Shown: in pieces, positions 34,827 to 45,091 of the stretch | Layout: every line of letters begins with the position of its first letter | How positions within the stretch are numbered: the first letter of the stretch is position 1 | Source: Betaproteobacteria bacterium | Lineage (GTDB): Bacteria > Pseudomonadota > Gammaproteobacteria > Burkholderiales > SHXO01 | Assembly (NCBI GenBank): GCA_031379405.1 | Contig: JANNFC010000121.1 | Location: forward strand, 1 to 52,454 | Reading direction: 5' to 3' | Length of the DNA: 52,454 nt | Position numbers and translations under genes: made by a program | Notes under the pieces: generated by a model | What the model was told of the DNA's origin: nothing | Seen by the model: only the letters and a program-made list of their open reading frames with translations | The model's database searches: none

Positions 34827-35336
34827 ATGAAGAAGTTGCTCGCCTCAGTGTTGTTTAGCCTCGCTATGTTCTCGCTCAGCGTGCAAGCGGACGGCGTGTT
34901 GAACGCATATCAAACCATAAACATCAAGGCACCCATCTCGAAAGTATGGAACGCGGTCAAAGACTTCGATGGACTGCACAACTGGCACCCGGTTTTCGCC
35001 AGCGACGTCATCAAGTCCGGCACCAACAACGTGCCGGGCGCCATTCGTACCCTGACCGTCAAGGATGGTCCAAGCTTTGACGAAACTTTGCTGGCATGGG
35101 ATGCCGCCAAGCGTCGCTACACCTACAATGTCATCGATCCCAATCCGCTGCCCATCAAGAACTACGTGTCGACGATGGAAGTCATTCAATTAAGCGCAGG
35201 CGTTGCTACGATCCTGTGGCGCAGCAATTTCGAGAACAATTCCGGCGGCAAAATGAAAGACGACGAAGTCATCAATTTTCTGAATGGCGCCTACAAAGCC
35301 GGCCTGGACCCACTCAAAGCATCTCTCGAGCAATAA
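34827..35336 (+). CDS. SRPBCC (START/polyketide cyclase-like) family protein with a signal peptide
   Basis: MKKLLASVLFSLAMFSLSVQA signal. VW..V.DF..LH.WHP pattern typical of SRPBCC ligand-binding domains. Confidence 0.7.
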   Translation: MKKLLASVLFSLAMFSLSVQADGVLNAYQTINIKAPISKVWNAVKDFDGLHNWHPVFASDVIKSGTNNVPGAIRTLTVKDGPSFDETLLAWDAAKRRYTYNVIDPNPLPIKNYVSTMEVIQLSAGVATILWRSNFENNSGGKMKDDEVINFLNGAYKAGLDPLKASLEQ

Positions 35337-35389
35337 CCCCCGGCAACAGCTCGGCCCATCGGAGCGCGGTCGGTGGGCCTTCTGAATTC

Positions 35390-36235
35390 ATGAACACCAC
35401 ACCAATCCATACTGCCTCCACTCGCATTACCTTCGTCGGCGGCGGCAACATGGCCTGCGCCCTCATTGGCGGTCTGCTGCAACGCGGCTACGAAGCAAAT
35501 CGCTTTCACGTTGTGGAAATTAGCGATACCACACGGCAACATCTGACGCAGAAGTTTCGCGTGCGGACTTCGGCGGCTTTGCCCCATGGAAAGTTGGAAA
35601 CCGACGTGGTGCTACTCGCCGTCAAACCGCAACAATTGCGTGAGGTCGCTCGGGCCCTCAGGCCCGCCCTAGAGAGTCAGTTGGTACTGACCATCGCTGC
35701 CGGTGTACGTATCGTGGATCTTTCGAGGTGGCTGGGAGGCTACAACCGGGTTGCGCGTGCCATGCCCAACACACCGGCGCTGGTGCTGGCTGGCGCTTCG
35801 GCCGTTTGCGCTACCGCTGAGGTCGACGCAACCCAACGCGAGCAGGCCGAGAGCATCTTGGCGGCGGTGGGTTCGGTGATCTGGGTTGAGGATGAGACGC
35901 AGCTTGACGCCGTGACCGCCGTATCGGGCAGCGGACCGGCCTATGTGTTTTACTTTATCGAAGCCATCGACCAAGCCGCGCAAGAGATGGGGCTGAATGC
36001 CGCCCAAGCGCGGCAACTGGTGATCGATACCTTCGTGGGGGCGGCCAAACTTGCGTCCGGCAGCGAAGAGTCGGCCGCCATACTGCGCGCACGAGTGACC
36101 TCCAAGGGCGGTACTACCGAGCGTGCCATCTCGGAATTCGACGTGGCAAACCTCAAGCAACATATCATTTCTGCCGTTAAAAGTGCTGCGGCGCGTTCGC
36201 GCGAACTCGGCGATACTTTCGGTCAAGCCGGATAA
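35390..36235 (+). CDS. proC: pyrroline-5-carboxylate reductase
   Basis: ITFVGGGNMA Rossmann loop, AVKPQ, RAMPNTPA, SGSGPAY and TSKGGTT motifs. The ORF track start at 35096 overlaps the previous gene and is an over-extension. Confidence 0.92.
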   Translation: MNTTPIHTASTRITFVGGGNMACALIGGLLQRGYEANRFHVVEISDTTRQHLTQKFRVRTSAALPHGKLETDVVLLAVKPQQLREVARALRPALESQLVLTIAAGVRIVDLSRWLGGYNRVARAMPNTPALVLAGASAVCATAEVDATQREQAESILAAVGSVIWVEDETQLDAVTAVSGSGPAYVFYFIEAIDQAAQEMGLNAAQARQLVIDTFVGAAKLASGSEESAAILRARVTSKGGTTERAISEFDVANLKQHIISAVKSAAARSRELGDTFGQAG

Positions 36236-36804
36236 TGCTCATACAATCCATCGCCTTTCTCCTCGAGACCTTCGTTGGTCTGTTCGTGTTCGCGCTCTTG
36301 ATGCGCTTCTACCTGCAATGGTTTCGAGCCGCGCCGCGCAATCCGATCTCGCAGTTTTTAAGCGCCCTGACCGACTGGATCGTGCTACCGGCCCGGAGAT
36401 TCATTCCCGGACTGTGGGGGATGGACCTCGCCAGTTTGGTGATGGCTTGGGCATTCGAACTCCTGCTCATGTTACTGATCGCCTGGCTGCAAGGTGTTCC
36501 CATTGGCGTACTGAGCGGTGCGCACTGGCTGGCGCTGGCTTTGCTGGCCGTGGTGCGTTTAATCAAGTTGACGGTTTACATTGTGATGTTCGCGGTTATC
36601 GTCCAAGCTGTACTGTCCTGGGTCAACCCCTACAACCCGGCGGCATCCATTCTGACTAGCGTGACCAACCCCTTTCTTAAGCCTTTCCGGCGGCGCGTCC
36701 CCGCCATCGGTGGCGTCGATCTCTCCCCCCTGTTCGTGGTGGTGATCTGCCAGTTGATCCTAATGGTACCTATCGCTTGGCTGGAAAGAAGTCTAGCGTT
36801 GTAG
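36235..36804 (+). CDS. YggT family membrane protein
   Basis: Four or five hydrophobic segments. Duplicated YGGT-type repeat (P..N....FL...T.....P.RR.IP...G.DLSPL). Conserved position after proC. Confidence 0.85.
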   Translation: MLIQSIAFLLETFVGLFVFALLMRFYLQWFRAAPRNPISQFLSALTDWIVLPARRFIPGLWGMDLASLVMAWAFELLLMLLIAWLQGVPIGVLSGAHWLALALLAVVRLIKLTVYIVMFAVIVQAVLSWVNPYNPAASILTSVTNPFLKPFRRRVPAIGGVDLSPLFVVVICQLILMVPIAWLERSLAL

Positions 36805-37130
36805 GTGCGCCGGCCGCTTCCTGGTACCGCCTGGCGCCCGACGGGAATGCTCTTTGCATTTTTGTCCACGCCCAACCCAATGCGCGCACCACCGGTATCG
36901 TTGGCCTTCATGACGGACGCTTGAAAATCCGGGTGGCGGCCCCCGCTCTTGACGGTCGCGCCAATGAACTCTTGCTCGATACCATACGCCGCCGACTCGA
37001 TTTACCCGCCAGCCGGATCGCCCTGATTCAGGGCCACCGCAGCCGGACGAAGACTGTTCAGATCTTGAATCCTTCGGTGCAACTGGTCGCCACCTTTGTC
37101 GCCTTCCTTACCCGCTGGGATCTCGCATGA
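36777..37130 (+). CDS. DUF167 (YggU) family protein
   Basis: V.AQP.A....IVGLH...LKIRV.APA.DG.AN..L...I.....L..S.I.L..G..SR.K.V.I pattern. TTG start overlapping the end of the yggT-like gene. Confidence 0.8.
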   Translation: MAGKKSSVVGAPAASWYRLAPDGNALCIFVHAQPNARTTGIVGLHDGRLKIRVAAPALDGRANELLLDTIRRRLDLPASRIALIQGHRSRTKTVQILNPSVQLVATFVAFLTRWDLA

Positions 37131-39070
37131 ACAATAGCTCGCTCGAAGGCTTGATCGAAGGATATGGTCGGTGGCGCGAAGAGATCCGCACCGGCATCGA
37201 ATCCTATCAGGCCTGGCTCGACCGTAACGGGCATGTCGATATCCAGCAGAGTCTGCGCATATTCGACGTTTTGGAGAGTCTGAAGAACGACCGCTTGATC
37301 CTGGCCTTTCTTGCTGAGTACTCACGCGGAAAGAGCGAAATCATCAACGCCATGTTCTTCTCGGATTTTCAGCAAAGGTTGCTGCCCTCCGATGTCGGGC
37401 GCACCACCATGTGCCCGACCGAGATCTATTTCGATCCCAACGAAGAACCCTATATCCGGCTCTTGCCCATCGAAACACGCAAGGAGGATGTCACCGTGGG
37501 CATGTACAAAATGCAGCCGGGGGAATGGGTCAAGCTGCGCCTGAACATGACCTCACAGCAAGATGTCATAAAAGCCATGGCCAGTCTGGCCGAGACCAAG
37601 ACCGTCACCACGGAGCAGGCAAGCCAACTGGGTCTATTGGACCCGAACGAGGCCTATTCCACGACCGTCGTAACGCGCGGTAATCGCGTGCAAATACCGG
37701 CGTGGCGGCACGCCATGGTCAACTACCCGCATCCCTTACTCAAGAGCGGTCTGGTGGTGCTCGACACACCCGGGTTGAACGCCCTCGGAACCGAGCCGGA
37801 ACTCACATTGCGCATGGTGCCGAGCGCACATGCGGTGGTTTTCATGCTGGCAATGGACACCGGCGTGACCAAGTCGGACATGGAGATCTGGGAGCGCTAT
37901 GTTCAAAGCTACCAAACCAGGCGCATCGCCGTACTTAACAAGGTGGATTTGCTGTGGGATGAGTTGAAAAGCGATCAGGATATCGAACGTTCGATTCAGC
38001 GACAGGTCAAGCAAACGGCCGAACTGCTCAAGCTCGACAAAGATCAGGTGATCCCGCTGTCCGCGCAAAAGGCGCTCATTGGCCGAGTGCGCGATGACGC
38101 CGCCTTGGTCAAGCGCAGCAATATCGAGCAACTGGAAGCCTTGATCGCCAGAGATATCATCCCGGCGAAACAGCAAATCGTGCGCGACGCGGTGTCACGC
38201 GAAATGGGCGCGATGGTGGACAATTCGCTGCAGACTCTGCGCGTGGAACTCGCTTCCGTGCAAACGGAGCATCGCGAACTTACAAAACTTTCAGGCAAGA
38301 ATCGTGACCTCGCGCAGACCATGTTGGGCCGCCTCGAAAAGGACCGCAACGACTACCTCAAACGCATGACCAGCCTGCGCACTTCCTACGGCACCTTGCT
38401 TACGCAAGGTCATGAGTTGACGGCAGCGCTCTCGGAGCAGCAGATCGATGCGTTGTTCGACAAGAGCAAGAGTGAGATCGAAAGCAGTTGGACGACCGCC
38501 GGCCTCATGCGCAGTATGAATTCGCTGTTCCAGAATTTCTCGACACAGGCGGACAATATCCTCGCATTCGGCACGCAAACACGCACATTTGTCGATCGTG
38601 TCTATGTCGAGTTCCGCGAAAAGTACGGGATTGCCACCCTCGATTCGCCCGCTATCAATCTGGAGAAACACATTCTCGTGATGCAGGGCTTGCGCACGGC
38701 CACGGAGAAATTCTGCAAGGATCCGCTGAACGTCATGACCGAGAAGCACTTCTTGCTGAAGAAGTTCTATACCGGCTTGGTGAATGAGGCGCGCGACGTC
38801 TTCCGGGACACCCGCAAGGAACTCGATCACTGGGTGCGCAATGCCCTTCAGCCCATCGCCAAGCATCTGAAGGAGCAGCAGGCCATGCTGGAGAAGCGCG
38901 TCGAGAACCTGAAGAAAATCTCCAAGGACCTCTCCGGACTGCAAGAGCGTATCAGGCAGGCGGAAACGCAGAAGATGACGCTCGGCCGCCAAGTGGCTGA
39001 TCTGCAGCGCTTCAAGCATCAAATTCTCGGACTATCCGACACGCAGCAGCAACCCGCGCGCGCGGCGTAA
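37127..39070 (+). CDS. bacterial dynamin-like GTPase (dynamin family protein)
   Basis: G1 FLAEYSRGKSEIINA, G2 region GRTTMCPTE, G3 VVLDTPGLNA and G4 LNKVD, followed by a long helical stalk. 647 aa. ATGA overlap with the DUF167 gene. Confidence 0.8.
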   Translation: MNNSSLEGLIEGYGRWREEIRTGIESYQAWLDRNGHVDIQQSLRIFDVLESLKNDRLILAFLAEYSRGKSEIINAMFFSDFQQRLLPSDVGRTTMCPTEIYFDPNEEPYIRLLPIETRKEDVTVGMYKMQPGEWVKLRLNMTSQQDVIKAMASLAETKTVTTEQASQLGLLDPNEAYSTTVVTRGNRVQIPAWRHAMVNYPHPLLKSGLVVLDTPGLNALGTEPELTLRMVPSAHAVVFMLAMDTGVTKSDMEIWERYVQSYQTRRIAVLNKVDLLWDELKSDQDIERSIQRQVKQTAELLKLDKDQVIPLSAQKALIGRVRDDAALVKRSNIEQLEALIARDIIPAKQQIVRDAVSREMGAMVDNSLQTLRVELASVQTEHRELTKLSGKNRDLAQTMLGRLEKDRNDYLKRMTSLRTSYGTLLTQGHELTAALSEQQIDALFDKSKSEIESSWTTAGLMRSMNSLFQNFSTQADNILAFGTQTRTFVDRVYVEFREKYGIATLDSPAINLEKHILVMQGLRTATEKFCKDPLNVMTEKHFLLKKFYTGLVNEARDVFRDTRKELDHWVRNALQPIAKHLKEQQAMLEKRVENLKKISKDLSGLQERIRQAETQKMTLGRQVADLQRFKHQILGLSDTQQQPARAA

Positions 39071-39118
39071 CCTCCCCTATCGCTTACCCCGCCGCTGCGA
39101 TCACGGCATACTGCGGGC

Positions 39119-40375
39119 GTGAACCACCTTTTCGCTCACGCTACCCGCGCCTTCGCCCACCGCAATTTCCGGCTCTTCTTTATTGGACAAGGCCTGTCCA
39201 TGATCGGAACCTGGGTGCAGCAGATCGCGCAAAGCTGGCTCATGTACCGTCTCACAGGGTCCCCGTTGTATCTCGGACTCACTACGTTTGCCAGCCAGGC
39301 GCCCATACTGTTCATCGCACCCTTTGGCGGTTGGTTGAGCGATCGCTTCGATCGTCGACGCTTGCTGCTGCTCACCCAATCCTTACTTTGCTGCCAAGCG
39401 CTTGCCATGGCAGTACTGACGCTGAGCGACGCCGTGCAAGCGTGGCACATCCTTGCCCTCACGTTGTTCTACGGCTTGGTGCTCGCCATCGACACGCCTG
39501 TTCGTCAATCCTTGATCATCGGGCTGGTAGGCGACAAAACGGATCTACCCAGCGCCATTGCGCTTAACTCCATGTTGATGAATGGCAGCCGTCTCGTGGG
39601 TCCTTCCGTCGCCGGGCTCTTGCTCGTTTGGATGCCGGAAGGCGCGTGCTTTCTGATCAATGCGTTGAGCTTTGTTCCTATCTTGTACGCTGCATATAGT
39701 TTTCGCATTGCGCCGCGAACAACGAGCGTTGCAGGGCACTCTCCCCTCGACGGATTGCGCGACGCGCTCACTTATGTATGGCGTACACCCTACGCGCGTT
39801 TGTCTCTTCCAATGGTCGCCCTCCTCAGCCTGACGGCGTCGCCCTACACAACGTTGATGCCCGTGTTCGCCAAGGACGTTCTCGGTGGTGGATCGTCGTT
39901 GCTGGGCTATCTCGTGGGGGCGGCGGGCTTGGGAGCCATTCTGGGTTCGACTTGGCTCGCCACTCGAAAAGACACTGCGCAACTACCGCGTATGATCGAA
40001 CGCGGAACCTTTATCGCGGGGGGATCGCTCATCCTTCTCAGCTTTAGCCGATGGATTCCATTCTCGCTGGTTCTGATGATGGGTGTTGGCTTCGGCATCA
40101 TCGTGAGCGCTGCCTGTGTCAACACGCTGCTTCAAACCACCGTGGATGACAGCAGGCGTGGGCGGGTGATGAGTCTATATGTGATGTCGTTCCTTGGAGT
40201 GACTTCAATCGGCGGATTGCTTTTCGGTGTGCTGGCCATTCATTTCGGCGCGCCCGGCACCCTCAGCATCACCGGCACGCTCTGTCTGGCGGGGGCTTTC
40301 GTCTATAGATGGCGTCTGCGACGCATGGATGATGGGATCCTGCACGCACACGCCGATCAACATGCAAGGGATTGA
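39119..40375 (+). CDS. MFS transporter (EntS/MFS_3-like)
   Basis: NFRLFFIGQ..S..G.W....A..WL.Y.LT.S, G.LSDRFDRRR, and about 12 TM segments. GTG start. Confidence 0.8.
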   Translation: MNHLFAHATRAFAHRNFRLFFIGQGLSMIGTWVQQIAQSWLMYRLTGSPLYLGLTTFASQAPILFIAPFGGWLSDRFDRRRLLLLTQSLLCCQALAMAVLTLSDAVQAWHILALTLFYGLVLAIDTPVRQSLIIGLVGDKTDLPSAIALNSMLMNGSRLVGPSVAGLLLVWMPEGACFLINALSFVPILYAAYSFRIAPRTTSVAGHSPLDGLRDALTYVWRTPYARLSLPMVALLSLTASPYTTLMPVFAKDVLGGGSSLLGYLVGAAGLGAILGSTWLATRKDTAQLPRMIERGTFIAGGSLILLSFSRWIPFSLVLMMGVGFGIIVSAACVNTLLQTTVDDSRRGRVMSLYVMSFLGVTSIGGLLFGVLAIHFGAPGTLSITGTLCLAGAFVYRWRLRRMDDGILHAHADQHARD

Positions 40376-40377
40376 GC

Positions 40378-40842
40378 CTAGTAACCCGCAGCCGCCAGCC
40401 AGCCGCCCACCTTGCCGTCCCACACTTCGCGCACGACTAGCGTAGGGGCGATACAGCTACTGGGGAGCTTCAAATTGACGTCGATCTGCGCCTTGCCGTG
40501 ATTCGATAAGGCTGCCCATTCGGTTTGCACCGCGACTTTGCCGCTGCACAACACCGCACCCACGACATGGGTGACGCCATCGGCTGTGCCGTTGTATTGT
40601 CCGGTGGAAGCGTCGTCGAGTACCAAGCCTGTTACTTTGATGTGCAACCTGCCGTTTGAACTCAGACTGGCTTCGCCCGAGGCGATCTTCCAGACCTTCC
40701 CGCAAGACCCCACGTCACCGATTGCAACACCGGTGGGACATGCACGTAAATTGGCTGAGATGACGTCGTCCGCAGTGGCGGTTGGGATTGCGAAACTTGC
40801 GCATAACGTTGAAGCAATGACCGAAAGGCGAATGTTGTTCAT
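40378..40842 (-). CDS. hypothetical secreted protein
   Basis: Signal peptide MNNIRLSVIASTLCASFAIPTATA/DD, then a beta-rich mature part with 4 Cys. I do not recognise a family. Confidence 0.5.
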   Translation of the reverse strand: MNNIRLSVIASTLCASFAIPTATADDVISANLRACPTGVAIGDVGSCGKVWKIASGEASLSSNGRLHIKVTGLVLDDASTGQYNGTADGVTHVVGAVLCSGKVAVQTEWAALSNHGKAQIDVNLKLPSSCIAPTLVVREVWDGKVGGWLAAAGY

Positions 40843-41008
40843 GTTGGATCTCCCAAATTATTGGTTGTGGTTTTCCCGTCGGCAGACCACTTCGAAAGGG
40901 CATTTCTAGGAACATGCCAACGTTGCGCAAATTTTAACGACGATGCCAATATGCGGTCAATATAGTGTCCATATAACTAAAGATATAGCGAAAAGGCACG
41001 ACGGCGCA

Positions 41009-42475
41009 TTACGTCAATCCGAGATGTGCCCACAGGGCGTCCACTCTCGCCATGACCTGGGTATCCATCGCGATGGGCTTTCCCCAATGACGTGCGGTCT
41101 CTCCGGGCCATTTGTTGGTGGCATCGATCCCCATCTTTGATCCCAATCCCGCGACGGGACTGGCGAAGTCCAGGTAGTCGATGGGTGTGCGCTCTGCCAG
41201 GAGGGTGTCGCGCGCGGGATCGACACGGGTTGTAATGGCCCAGATCACTTCCTTCCAATCGCGCACGTCGATGTCATCGTCCACCACCACGATGAATTTG
41301 GTGTACATGAACTGGCGCAGAAATGACCAGATGCCGAACATGACGCGTTTGGCGTGACCGGCGTATTGTTTGCGCATGCTGACCACCGCCAGCCGATATG
41401 AACAACCTTCGGGCGGCAAGTAGAAATCGACGATCTCGGGAAACTGCTTGGTAAGCAGTGGGACGAACACTTCGTTCAATGCCACGCCCAGCACGGACGG
41501 CTCATCGGGCGGTTTGCCGGTATAGGTGCTGTGGTAGATAGGATCGCGGCGCATGGTGATGCGCTCGATGGTGAGGACCGGAAAAGTTTCCTGCTCGTTG
41601 TAGTAACCGGTGTGATCCCCGAAAGGGCCTTCAAGGGCAGTCTCGTCATGCGCGATGTGCCCTTCCAGGACGATCTCCGCGCGTGCGGGAACCTGCAAAT
41701 CCGAGCCCATGCACTGGGTCAGTTCGGTCTTGCCTCCCCGCAGCAAACCCGCGAATTGATACTCCGAAAGAGAGTCGGGCACCGGTGTCACGGCAGCCAG
41801 TATCGTGGCCGGATCGGCGCCGAGCGCCACGGCGACGGGGAAGGGTTGCCCAGGATTGGTTTCGCAGTGGTCTCTAAAATCCAACGCGCCGCCACGATGG
41901 GCAAGCCATCGCATGATGACTTTTTTGCGTGTAATGACCTGTTGGCGATAGATGCCCAGATTTTGCCGTGCCTTGCGCGGACCTTTGGTAACGGTCAACC
42001 CCCAAGTGATGAGCGGCCCGGCGTCACCAGGCCAACAAGTTTGAATGGGTAGTCGTGCAAGGTCGACATCGTTGCCTTCCCAGACGATGTCATGACAGGG
42101 TGCGCCGCGCACTTCCTTGGGCGCCATGTCCAGTACTTTTCTGTAGACCGGAAGTTTGTCCCAGGCGTCCTTCAATCCTTTGGGCGGCTCCGGTTCTTTG
42201 AGAAAGGCGAGCAGTTTCCCTACTTCACGCAAGGCATCCACGGAATCTTCGCCCATGCCCAAGGCAACGCGGCGCGGTGTGCCGAAGAGATTTCCCAGAA
42301 CCGGGATGCTATGGCCCTTGGGATTCTCGAACAGCAGTGCAGGGCCTTGCCGCTTGAGAACCCGGTCGCAGATTTCTGTCATCTCCAGATGAGGCGATAC
42401 CTCAACGGCGATGCGTTTGAGTTCGCCTAGTTTTTCCAGCTGCGCGATGAAGTCGCGGAGGTCTTGGTAGCGCAC
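41009..42475 (-). CDS. ubiD: 4-hydroxy-3-polyprenylbenzoate decarboxylase
   Basis: [22 protein letters not shown]-terminus (compare E. coli KYNDLRDFLTLLEQQGELKRI), then LGIYRQQV and other UbiD core motifs. GTG 42475 fits the family N-terminus; the ORF track opens at 42562. Confidence 0.92.
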   Translation of the reverse strand: MRYQDLRDFIAQLEKLGELKRIAVEVSPHLEMTEICDRVLKRQGPALLFENPKGHSIPVLGNLFGTPRRVALGMGEDSVDALREVGKLLAFLKEPEPPKGLKDAWDKLPVYRKVLDMAPKEVRGAPCHDIVWEGNDVDLARLPIQTCWPGDAGPLITWGLTVTKGPRKARQNLGIYRQQVITRKKVIMRWLAHRGGALDFRDHCETNPGQPFPVAVALGADPATILAAVTPVPDSLSEYQFAGLLRGGKTELTQCMGSDLQVPARAEIVLEGHIAHDETALEGPFGDHTGYYNEQETFPVLTIERITMRRDPIYHSTYTGKPPDEPSVLGVALNEVFVPLLTKQFPEIVDFYLPPEGCSYRLAVVSMRKQYAGHAKRVMFGIWSFLRQFMYTKFIVVVDDDIDVRDWKEVIWAITTRVDPARDTLLAERTPIDYLDFASPVAGLGSKMGIDATNKWPGETARHWGKPIAMDTQVMARVDALWAHLGLT

Positions 42476-42479
42476 GTTT

Positions 42480-43355
42480 CTATCCTGGGTACGCGAATAG
42501 GCAGCCCAGGAACACCGCGCCGCCCACCCAGTTGTTGAATCGAAAGGCTTTGAAACATCCATCGCGCTCGCGCGACTTGATCATCGGATACTGCATCGCC
42601 GCCGCAATAGCGGCCAGCGCCAATCCGGCGTAGTAAGACCAGGTGTAGTCCTGGCGCCATCCAACCCAGCCTAGGATGCCGATGAACAGCGCGTGCGCGA
42701 GCATCACGCCGGCGACATCGAATCGGCCCAGCAAAATAGCCGATGACTGGATGCCGATCTTCACATCGTCATCACGATCGACCATCGCGTACTCGGTGTC
42801 GTAGGCGATCGCCCAGAAAATATTGGCCAGCAATATCCACCAAGCGATCATCGGAACCAGATCTTTGTGGGCGGCGTAGGCCATGGGGATGCCGAAACCG
42901 AAAGCCACTCCCAGATAGGCCTGAGGCAGTGCGATGAAACGTTTGGTGAAGGGATAGCTAAAGGCAACGAACAATGCCGCGAACGAAAGCTTGATCACGA
43001 GTGGCTTCAGTAAACACACCAGTGTGAAAGCCAACAACGACAATACGCCGGCGACCATAAGCGCCTCCTTCGGTGTGATCCGGCCGGAGGCCAGCGGGCG
43101 ATCCTTGGTGCGTTCCACGTGCGCGTCGAAATGGCGGTCGGCGTAATCATTCATCGCGCAACCCGCGGAACGCATCAGCACAGTGCCGAGCACAAAAATC
43201 CACACCACTTTCCAGTCCGGACGACCATGGCTCGACAACCACAGCGCCCATAGGGTGGGCCAGAGGAGCAGTAAGGTTCCGATGGGCTTGTCGAGACGAA
43301 CGAGTTTTTCGTAGGCGTCGAGGCGATCGGCGATGCGGGCGAGAGTTAACGCCAT
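42480..43355 (-). CDS. ubiA: 4-hydroxybenzoate polyprenyltransferase
   Basis: [24 protein letters not shown], the NDYADRHFD Asp-rich motif, a second D..YA..D.DDD motif, and about 8 TM segments. ATG 43355; the ORF track opens at 43562. Confidence 0.92.
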   Translation of the reverse strand: MALTLARIADRLDAYEKLVRLDKPIGTLLLLWPTLWALWLSSHGRPDWKVVWIFVLGTVLMRSAGCAMNDYADRHFDAHVERTKDRPLASGRITPKEALMVAGVLSLLAFTLVCLLKPLVIKLSFAALFVAFSYPFTKRFIALPQAYLGVAFGFGIPMAYAAHKDLVPMIAWWILLANIFWAIAYDTEYAMVDRDDDVKIGIQSSAILLGRFDVAGVMLAHALFIGILGWVGWRQDYTWSYYAGLALAAIAAAMQYPMIKSRERDGCFKAFRFNNWVGGAVFLGCLFAYPG

Positions 43356-43543
43356 GGTTTGGACGTTTGATTCACGGCAAGGATGTGCGAGGGACGATGG
43401 AATCATAACGCATGACGCCATGCACACAACGGAGATTCGCGAGCAATTCTTGTATGGCGCGGGCGGTTCACGGCAACAGTGTGACTGCCACGCTGCGCGC
43501 GATGCTTTCGGCCGCCAATCGGGCAGCAAGGGTTGTCGGTGAA

Positions 43544-43569
43544 AGCATGATTGTCTGGACAATCATGCT
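43544..43569. repeat. perfect 12+12-bp palindrome (AGCATGATTGTC-TG-GACAATCATGCT)
   Basis: Read directly. It overlaps the stop codon of the DUF4143 ATPase gene. Confidence 0.9.
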
Positions 43570-44750
43570 GGTGGTTTTGCGCCACGGCGCGAAGTGCTTT
43601 CTTTCCCAATCACCTCAAGTGCAACGGCGCACGGCAACGCTTCGGTACGCTCATTGAGCCGGTAGCGCTGCGAACCTGGGTAGACGACGTACAAGGCGTC
43701 AAGCCTAAGGTCCTCGATCGCGATCGCCATGGACTTTGTCGTTCTCGGAGCGTCGGCATACTTCACTTCAATACCTATGCGCCGAGTCCCCAACATCAGC
43801 ACCAGATCCAACTCAGCTCCGCTTTGCGTTGCCCAAAAGAACGCGCTGCGCTCCCCCACTTGGCCAACGATCTGTTCGATAACGAACCCCTCCCATGAGG
43901 CACCAAGTTTTGGATGATTCCCGAGGGAAGACATGTCGCGAATTCCCAATAACGCATGCAGCAATCCAGAATCTCGAACATAAATCTTGGGCGCTTTGAC
44001 TTGACGCTTGCCTAGGTTTTCGAACCAAGGCTGAACCTGTCGCGTCACCAGGGTTCCGCTTAGCAGATCGATATGCCGCCGAACGGTCGTGTGACCCTCG
44101 CCCAGTGAGCGGGCGATCTCCGAGACGTTGAGTACCTGCCCATGGTAGTGCGCCAGCATCATCCATAGCCTGCGCAATGAAGAAGCGGGTACGTTGATTC
44201 CAAGCATGCGAATATCCCGCTCCAGAAAAGTGCGAACAAAATCCTCTCGCCACTCAAGACTATCCTGAAGACTTCGCGCGAGGTAGGATCGTGGAAGGCC
44301 TCCGCGCACCCAAAGCCGTTCAAGGGCGTCCGGGCCAACTTCCTTGAGATCAAAGCCAGCCATCTCGACAAAAGCAATTCGGCCGGCTAGTGTTTCGGAG
44401 CCTTGGCGTATCAACTCCGGAGATGCACTGCCGAGTATAAGAAAGCGCGTATTTTTTCGCGCGCGATCCGCCAACACGCGCAATACCGGAAATAGGTCTG
44501 GCCGGCGCTGGACTTCATCGATCACAATCAACCCTCGCAAACTGTCTAGCGCGGATATTGGTTGCTCTAAACGAGCAAGATGTAATGGGTCCTCCAGGTC
44601 AAAATAGATACTCTCAGATGCTTCCGCCAGTTGCCTAGCGATGGTTGTTTTGCCGCACTGACGGGGCCCAAGGAGTGCGACGATTGGCGAACGTCGAAGC
44701 GCGGCCGTGATTTTACGGCTGAGTATTTGGCGATCCATTAAGCTTGCCAT
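43563..44750 (-). CDS. AAA ATPase with a DUF4143-type C-terminal domain
   Basis: Walker A GPRQCGKTT, Walker B VIDEVQR, and a C-terminal region with WEGFVIEQ and ELDLVL...IEVK (restriction-endonuclease-like fold, as in DUF4143 proteins). Confidence 0.75.
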   Translation of the reverse strand: MASLMDRQILSRKITAALRRSPIVALLGPRQCGKTTIARQLAEASESIYFDLEDPLHLARLEQPISALDSLRGLIVIDEVQRRPDLFPVLRVLADRARKNTRFLILGSASPELIRQGSETLAGRIAFVEMAGFDLKEVGPDALERLWVRGGLPRSYLARSLQDSLEWREDFVRTFLERDIRMLGINVPASSLRRLWMMLAHYHGQVLNVSEIARSLGEGHTTVRRHIDLLSGTLVTRQVQPWFENLGKRQVKAPKIYVRDSGLLHALLGIRDMSSLGNHPKLGASWEGFVIEQIVGQVGERSAFFWATQSGAELDLVLMLGTRRIGIEVKYADAPRTTKSMAIAIEDLRLDALYVVYPGSQRYRLNERTEALPCAVALEVIGKESTSRRGAKPPA

Positions 44751-45091
44751 GATTCCTGCATTTTGATTGTTATATGATCAAATTACAAGGATCTAAATGA
44801 TAGAAACAGATAGAGAAAGGACAGAAAATACAACGCCCCCTGCACGATATCGCAAGCACGGAAATGCGAGTTTGAGGGGAGGAGAGAGTTGGATTTGGTG
44901 TTGTTGATCAAGGCCGCGGCAGATGTAGGTGTGAATGTAGCGTTCTATACGGCGGCCGGATTCCTGTGGGGGGCAACCAGGGTCATGGGTACGTCCACGA
45001 TGGACAATGAATGGGTGTGCCCTTCCAGGGGTCAGATGAAGCGGCCGGCGCGATCCTAGCCGTCACTTCGGGTCCATTTTGTCAGTAAGAC

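Noticed and set aside
35096-35389. N-terminal over-extensions in the ORF track: proC 35096, ubiD 42562, ubiA 43562, yggS 33888, accC 49494, PCu(A)C 26570, dac 26468, ybeD 28515, precursor 2 23843, MNIO 2 24159, DUF2063-1 22962
   Set aside because: The extensions overlap upstream genes or have Arg-rich off-frame-like composition. Family N-termini and Shine-Dalgarno positions support the internal starts given in the feature list.
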